Of a stretch of 64,000 nt of DNA, positions 59,102 to 64,000 are shown in pieces (positions within the stretch are counted from its first letter, which is position 1; the number at the start of each line of letters is the position of its first letter). Both the position numbers and the translations under genes were made by a program. The notes beneath the pieces were generated by a model that worked only from the letters and a program-made list of their open reading frames with translations, was not told the DNA's origin and made no database searches. Source of the DNA: Candidatus Peregrinibacteria bacterium (lineage in GTDB: Bacteria; Patescibacteriota; Gracilibacteria; UBA1369); the NCBI GenBank assembly GCA_963708185.1, contig OY970195.1, forward strand, positions 704,001 through 768,000, in the 5' to 3' direction.

Positions 59102-60121
59102 ATGTTTTTTTCGGAAGAACAGCTCGCACGGGAAACCGATCGTCTGCATCAGAAACTGCAGTACGTGGGTTTTGGCAAGGCGCTTTGCCAGATGTTCGCG
59201 CCCCTGACGCTTGAAATCAACGCTTTGAAAAAAGAAAAAAACGCCGTCATCCTGGCGCATTCCTACCAGACCCCCGACATCCTCTACGGCATCGCGGATT
59301 ACCAGGGCGATTCCTATCAGCTGAGCAAGAACGCCCAGGAAACCGAGGCCGATACCATCGTGTTCTGCGGCGTAAAGTTCATGGCTGAAACCGCTAAAAT
59401 CCTCAACCCTTCCAAAACAGTGCTTTTGCCTTCGCCGGCGGCAGGATGTTCGCTCGCCGACGCTATAACGGCCGAAAACGTCCGCGCCCTGAAAGCGCAG
59501 CATCCGGGAGTCCCGGTCGTGACCTACGTCAACACTTCGGCCGAGGTCAAAGCCGAAGCTGATGCCTGCTGCACCTCCGCCAATGCCATCAAAATCATCG
59601 AAGGTTTTCCGGACGAAGAGATTATTTTCATCCCCGACAAGTACATGGTTCAAAATTTGCAGAAAATGACGAAGAAAAAACTTATCGGATGGGATGGATC
59701 GTGCATCGTCCACGAAGAGTTCAATCCTTCGAAAATCCGCCAGTTCAAACAAAAATACCCGGGGCTCAAAGTTCTTGCGCATACCGAGTGCGCTCCCGAC
59801 GTCATCGACGCTTCCGACTTTGCCGGAGGCACCAACGACATGATGCGCTACGTTGAAAAGAACGAAGCTCCTTCCTACATGCTCGTCACCGAGTGCGGGT
59901 TGAGCGACCGCATGCGCGCCGAATTCCCCCAAAAAGACTTTCTGGGGATGTGCGGTCTTTGTCCTTACATGAAGCAAAACACGCTTGCCTTGATTTTGCA
60001 GGCACTGAAAAATCCCACACCGGAGCAGATCATCGACCTCGACGAACGGGTGCGCAAAGGCGCCGAACGATCTCTTTTGAAAATGTTTGAGTTGAGCCAG
60101 AAGGTTCCCGTCCATACTTAG
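59102..60121 (+). CDS. nadA: Quinolinate synthase
   Basis: ILAHSYQ, GDS, CGVKFMAE, GCSLA, YVNT, CIVH, HTEC and CPYMK (three Fe-S Cys). Confidence 0.95.
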   Translation: MFFSEEQLARETDRLHQKLQYVGFGKALCQMFAPLTLEINALKKEKNAVILAHSYQTPDILYGIADYQGDSYQLSKNAQETEADTIVFCGVKFMAETAKILNPSKTVLLPSPAAGCSLADAITAENVRALKAQHPGVPVVTYVNTSAEVKAEADACCTSANAIKIIEGFPDEEIIFIPDKYMVQNLQKMTKKKLIGWDGSCIVHEEFNPSKIRQFKQKYPGLKVLAHTECAPDVIDASDFAGGTNDMMRYVEKNEAPSYMLVTECGLSDRMRAEFPQKDFLGMCGLCPYMKQNTLALILQALKNPTPEQIIDLDERVRKGAERSLLKMFELSQKVPVHT

Positions 60122-60135
60122 TTCATAAGCTTGCC

Positions 60136-60933
60136 ATGGCTCGCAGTTATCGATTTATCTTGAGGAATCCTCAATCAACCGCACTTCTCGACCGGGCTGA
60201 GGCCGGATTCCAACTGACGGAAGCTGGCGAGCCCGACATCGTTTTCCAACTGGTGAAAGTGTTACGGGTGAAAAACGGAGACGTCGTCACTTTGCTCCCC
60301 CAGGATCAGGTTCCTCCGTTCCGCGAATTCGATTTCGAAGTTGCTTCGTCCTCGAAAAAGTCCGTCGAACTTGTGCGGAAAGGTGTGCGCCAGAACGAAA
60401 ATGAACTCGGGTTTTCGCTCGATCTTTTGCTGTGCCTGCCCAATAAACCTGATAAGTTGGAGTTCATGGTTCAGAAAGCCGTTGAGATCGGCGTGAAGAA
60501 CATTACGCTTCTGGAAGGAGATTTTTCCCAGATGAAACATCAACTGCGCATGGAACGCCTCAAAAAAATCCTCCTGGAAGCGGCGGAACAGTCCGAAAGG
60601 GCCGTGGTTCCGGGGATTGTTGAAGAAGGCGGCCTTGCGAAATATTTGCTGAGCCTGGACGACGCAGGGCGCGGGCGAATCCGGGCGGCTCTAGAACGTC
60701 AGGGGGCAGTTGAAGTTGCAGAGCAAAAGTCTTCCGGAGGCAACCCTTTTGCCGGTGCCGATCGAAGCCGCGGCCTGGCTGTCTTGGTGGGACCGGAAGG
60801 CGGTTTCAGCGACGGTGAAAAAGCCCTTTTTCATAAGATCGGACTTCGCACTTTTTCGCTGGGCAAACGCATTCTCAGAATGGAAACCGCCGTTATTCTG
60901 GGCCTGGGCCTTGCCGCGCTTGCGGGTTCATGA
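60136..60933 (+). CDS. rsmE: 16S rRNA m3U1498 methyltransferase
   Basis: KVLR, QKAVEIGV, EAAEQSER, GPEGGFS and LGKRILRMETA. Confidence 0.93.
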   Translation: MARSYRFILRNPQSTALLDRAEAGFQLTEAGEPDIVFQLVKVLRVKNGDVVTLLPQDQVPPFREFDFEVASSSKKSVELVRKGVRQNENELGFSLDLLLCLPNKPDKLEFMVQKAVEIGVKNITLLEGDFSQMKHQLRMERLKKILLEAAEQSERAVVPGIVEEGGLAKYLLSLDDAGRGRIRAALERQGAVEVAEQKSSGGNPFAGADRSRGLAVLVGPEGGFSDGEKALFHKIGLRTFSLGKRILRMETAVILGLGLAALAGS

Positions 60934-61636
60934 GCGGCCCGGCCGTTTTATGGGACGGAACCAGTCGGGCATGATGACGTTCCTTGGCAACATGCTCCGG
61001 AGCTTTGTGCTGCCGGATCAAGGCTGTGTCTCTGGCTTCCTGACGTTTTACGAAGAGATATTTTCCCAACTTCCAGGCTATGAATGCCCCGACGATTGCG
61101 AAGAAAACGAAATTCAAGTCGCTGATGATCTTCCCGAGCAGGGCGAAGTTCGTTCCGATGTAGAATCCGACAAACGCGAAAAGTATCGCCCAGATCACCC
61201 CTCCGCTCAGATTGTAAAAGAAGAACGTAGGGTAAGCCATGTCGAAAATGCCAGCGAAAATCGCTGCGTAGGTGCGAAGTATGGCGGTAAAACGGCCAAT
61301 GAACACCGTCTTGTTGCCGTGATTTTTGAAAAATTTTTCCGCACGGTCGATGTGTTTATAGTGAAAAAGCGGGAACTTTTCAAACTTTTTGATAATTTTA
61401 CGTCCGAATTTCTTGCCGATGAAATACCCCACGTTGTCGCCAAGAATGGCGGTTAATGCTGCTATGAGCATGACGATGCCGAGGTTCAGGTGCCCCAATG
61501 ACGCGGCGACACCGCCCAGGATGAGCACCGTTTCCCCCGGAAAAGGCACGCCCATGCATTCCAGGAAAATACCGATACCCACAACCCAATAGCCGTACGT
61601 TCTGATGAGAGGTATGAGGAAGCGAAATTCTTCCAT
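60893..61636 (-). CDS. DedA family membrane protein
   Basis: LE..GVPFPGET, GDNVGYFIG and GRF...R. Confidence 0.9.
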   Translation of the reverse strand: MEEFRFLIPLIRTYGYWVVGIGIFLECMGVPFPGETVLILGGVAASLGHLNLGIVMLIAALTAILGDNVGYFIGKKFGRKIIKKFEKFPLFHYKHIDRAEKFFKNHGNKTVFIGRFTAILRTYAAIFAGIFDMAYPTFFFYNLSGGVIWAILFAFVGFYIGTNFALLGKIISDLNFVFFAIVGAFIAWKLGKYLFVKRQEARDTALIRQHKAPEHVAKERHHARLVPSHKTAGPLMNPQARQGPGPE

Positions 61637-61690
61637 AACTTTCTGGTTTGAGTGTGTTGAAAGGTGTCTATTTTGACATATTTTGCCTAT

Positions 61691-62449
61691 TTAGTCAATA
61701 TCATTCCTCCCCCTTTGAGCAATTTGATGAAGCCAATGAATCGCCCTTTCCTGATCGATAAAATAGGGCGAAGTGGCAAACGTGATGACCGAGGATTTTG
61801 GGATCAGTTGTTCAATAATCTCAAGTTTCAGATCGTTGCCGATGTAGTCGGAATCAGGAGCAAAAAAATCCAGGTCGATGTCCAAAATAAGATTTCGACC
61901 GGAGATTCCCCCGTCTTCTCCGGGGAGCGCAAGCTTTTCCTTCAAGGCTTTCAGACTGTATTCTGAATCCAGAAAAATGATATCTTTCACCAGTCCTATA
62001 TGCCGGGCGGCGGGAATAAAATTCCCGACGTTCAGTACCCTGTTGGTGTAGTCGAAGACTTTTTCAAGATCTTCAGCATCCACCGATTCGATAAACTTCT
62101 CGGGAATACGGGTATCCTTATGCTGGTCGATATGGATGAGCAGGGCATCGTTCTTCAGAGTTCCCAACTTTTTTTCGAGACACCAAAAGGCGAAGGCGTG
62201 ATTGTGGTTGTCAAAAATGTACACCGGAACAGTTCCGAAAGTCGTTTTGACGAATTCCTGCAGCCCTTTGCAGCTGTGCAGAATCCCGTCGTCGTCGAAA
62301 TCTTCGAAAACCACTTCCTGTCCGGGGCGGACATCGTTCACATTTCCTTCAACAAGTTGCGGGACATAAAGTTTCTTGTCGGGACGTTTTTCAAAGTTGA
62401 AGGCGTTGTTGGAGATTTTTTCCCTGATGTAAAAAGCTTTTTCGTACAT
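61691..62449 (-). CDS. UPF0489-family protein
   Basis: FDNHNHA, HIDQHKD, LDIDLDFF and ATSP. Confidence 0.8.
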   Translation of the reverse strand: MYEKAFYIREKISNNAFNFEKRPDKKLYVPQLVEGNVNDVRPGQEVVFEDFDDDGILHSCKGLQEFVKTTFGTVPVYIFDNHNHAFAFWCLEKKLGTLKNDALLIHIDQHKDTRIPEKFIESVDAEDLEKVFDYTNRVLNVGNFIPAARHIGLVKDIIFLDSEYSLKALKEKLALPGEDGGISGRNLILDIDLDFFAPDSDYIGNDLKLEIIEQLIPKSSVITFATSPYFIDQERAIHWLHQIAQRGRNDID

Positions 62450-62482
62450 GCTGGGGTATAATACTCAAAAAACATGCAATAC

Positions 62483-62509
62483 AAAACCCCCGATTTCGGC
62501 GGGGGCTTT
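62483..62509 (-). terminator. Intrinsic terminator
   Basis: Minus strand CCCCCG...CGGGGG-TTTT. Confidence 0.65.
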
Positions 62510-62538
62510 GCAGCTTTTTCTCCTTGATGAAGAACTTC

Positions 62539-63306
62539 TTAACTCTGAGTGGTTGAAGTTGGGGTCGAATCTGCTCCCGGAGCGGCGTTGCGCAGCGCAT
62601 TGATGGCGTCTCTTGCGATCTGCCGGGCGGTGGTTACGGCGTTATGGAAAGAACTGAACGCCGTTTTAACTTCTTCCTTAAAGGTTTCGTGGGCCGCAGA
62701 ATGATCATCGCGAGTAGACTGGCGGGCCGAAGTCATAGTGTCATGGAATGCCTGTAAAGCCGCCTGTTTCTGATCCTGGGTTGCCGTGGAAGAACACAGG
62801 GTTGCCTTGAGCGTCGTCAGTGCGGACTGCAGGGCGTCTTTTTTGTCCTGAAGAAGCGGGTCGACCGATGAGCGGTAGGTGTTGAGTGCCGAATCCACCG
62901 CCGAACGGCGTGCGCTGCGAGCCGCATCGACGCTGGACTGGAAAGTGTTCACGATGGACTGGACCTGATCGCCGGACAAACCCTGGGTGTTCAATCTTTG
63001 CGTCAAATTATCCCGGCGGTTCGCGATACGAGTGTCCTGGTTCCGGCGAACATTCTGCAGCCTTGTGTCGTTCATTGCACGTCTATCCTCCATTTTGGTT
63101 TGGACATTCCCGACTCTTTGGTCGATTTTATCCTGAATATTCCCAAGTCCGTCCGTGCTGGCGCAGAGCTGTTGGACGAATGCCCCGGTTTTCGGGGCGG
63201 TTGTGGCTGTATTCTGGCTGTCGGTTCCCGCATCCATGGCGAATGCCGGGGCAGCCATGCTCACCAGGGCAAGGCCGGTAATGAGAGTTTTTGTTATTTT
63301 TTTCAT
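62539..63306 (-). CDS. Secreted alpha-helical hypothetical protein
   Basis: Signal peptide (AFA) followed by Ala/Arg/Gln-rich helices. Confidence 0.75.
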   Translation of the reverse strand: MKKITKTLITGLALVSMAAPAFAMDAGTDSQNTATTAPKTGAFVQQLCASTDGLGNIQDKIDQRVGNVQTKMEDRRAMNDTRLQNVRRNQDTRIANRRDNLTQRLNTQGLSGDQVQSIVNTFQSSVDAARSARRSAVDSALNTYRSSVDPLLQDKKDALQSALTTLKATLCSSTATQDQKQAALQAFHDTMTSARQSTRDDHSAAHETFKEEVKTAFSSFHNAVTTARQIARDAINALRNAAPGADSTPTSTTQS

Positions 63307-63407
63307 GATAAAGAAAAATTAAAGGGTGAGAACTGAGGAACAAGTTGTTCGACAGTAGAGTGCCCCCGGGGTTACATGTTGTTTCACGATGGTTTCGATG
63401 CGCGATT

Positions 63408-64000
63408 TTAGCCGAACGTAAAAGTAAAGGCTTTGAGTCCCGGGGAGGTCACCTCAAGCATGAGCGTATGCCTGCTGTAATCATTCCCGGTATCTACAAG
63501 ATTGTAGAGCGCCGCCTTGTCGATGGTTACGGTGCCGTCGTCGGCGACATCGGAACCATAGTACTCTTTCGGCAGAGGTTTGCCGTCCAGATAGACCTTT
63601 GCGGTCACGGCCTTGTCCGTCTTGTCGGCGACGATGTTGATCTTGTTGGCTTGATAGTTCATATAAAGTTTGGCCGGAGTCGTCTTTGCCGTCACGTACT
63701 CTTTGGTGATTTCCCATTCGCCTCCGAGATAGAATTTATCGTTTTCGAACGAGGTCGGGTCGGTGAAACTCATGTAGGAATCAGGAATAAATTCCTGTTT
63801 GTTGCCGAAATTCTCGATGCGATTGTACCCGAGATACGTTTCGGAAGTCTGGATTTTATTGAAATCGATCTGCGGTGCGCTGACCGGCGTGACCTGTCCG
63901 ACCTGTTCGCCAAGAAGATCCTGGATGATCATTTCAGTTTCATCGTAGTTGCCTTCTCCGAAATGGGTGTACCGGATATAGCCGTCTTTATCGATGATGT
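63408..64000 (-). CDS. DipZ-like thioredoxin protein, C-terminal part (starts beyond window)
   Basis: IDKDGYIRYTHFGEGNY...ETYLGY...LYNLV...FTFTFG end. Confidence 0.8.
   Translation of the reverse strand, partial: IIDKDGYIRYTHFGEGNYDETEMIIQDLLGEQVGQVTPVSAPQIDFNKIQTSETYLGYNRIENFGNKQEFIPDSYMSFTDPTSFENDKFYLGGEWEITKEYVTAKTTPAKLYMNYQANKINIVADKTDKAVTAKVYLDGKPLPKEYYGSDVADDGTVTIDKAALYNLVDTGNDYSRHTLMLEVTSPGLKAFTFTFG

Noticed and set aside
5766-60115. Long antisense ORFs (e.g. 5766-6998, 11366-12328, 41475-42668, 55728-56780, 59054-60115)
   Set aside because: Shadow frames opposite well-conserved genes, expected from codon bias.
1-64000. Genetic code 25 (TGA=Gly), DGR, retron or CRISPR-Cas
   Set aside because: Conserved genes are full-length in code 11 and several end in TGA. 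No reverse transcriptase, cas gene, TR/VR pair or repeat-spacer array was seen.

Overview
Chromosomal window from a bacterium that looks like a CPR/Patescibacteria member. The Peregrinibacteria-like assignment is inferred from gene content, and TGA is used as a stop codon. Most of it is housekeeping or envelope genes: ychF, cdaA-cdaR, lon, a DEAD-box helicase, lgt, a MacAB-like exporter, pnp-rpsO, leuS, minor pilins, rsmI, tsaB, an amidase-SpoIID fusion, trxA, rnhA, a class A PBP, nadA, rsmE and three tRNAs. Two regions stand out. (1) 9.54-10.82 kb is a ~1.25-kb minus-strand transcription unit with no credible ORF, bounded by a near-consensus sigma70 promoter and an intrinsic terminator. It holds three diverged but homologous structured RNA units. 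Each has a boxA-like sequence upstream, a conserved GGGAG..CCUCC long hairpin, a competing long-range closing helix, and conserved CCCAG and UGRYGGG motifs at near-constant spacing. This is the best candidate for an undescribed system. (2) 17.43-24.84 kb is a serine-recombinase island at tRNA-Gly(GCC) carrying RM, HEPN and HNH defence genes. It contains an internal inverted attP-like junction, which makes two potentially invertible segments and encodes an alternative recombinase C-terminus. Several single-base frameshifts in conserved genes are probably sequencing errors.
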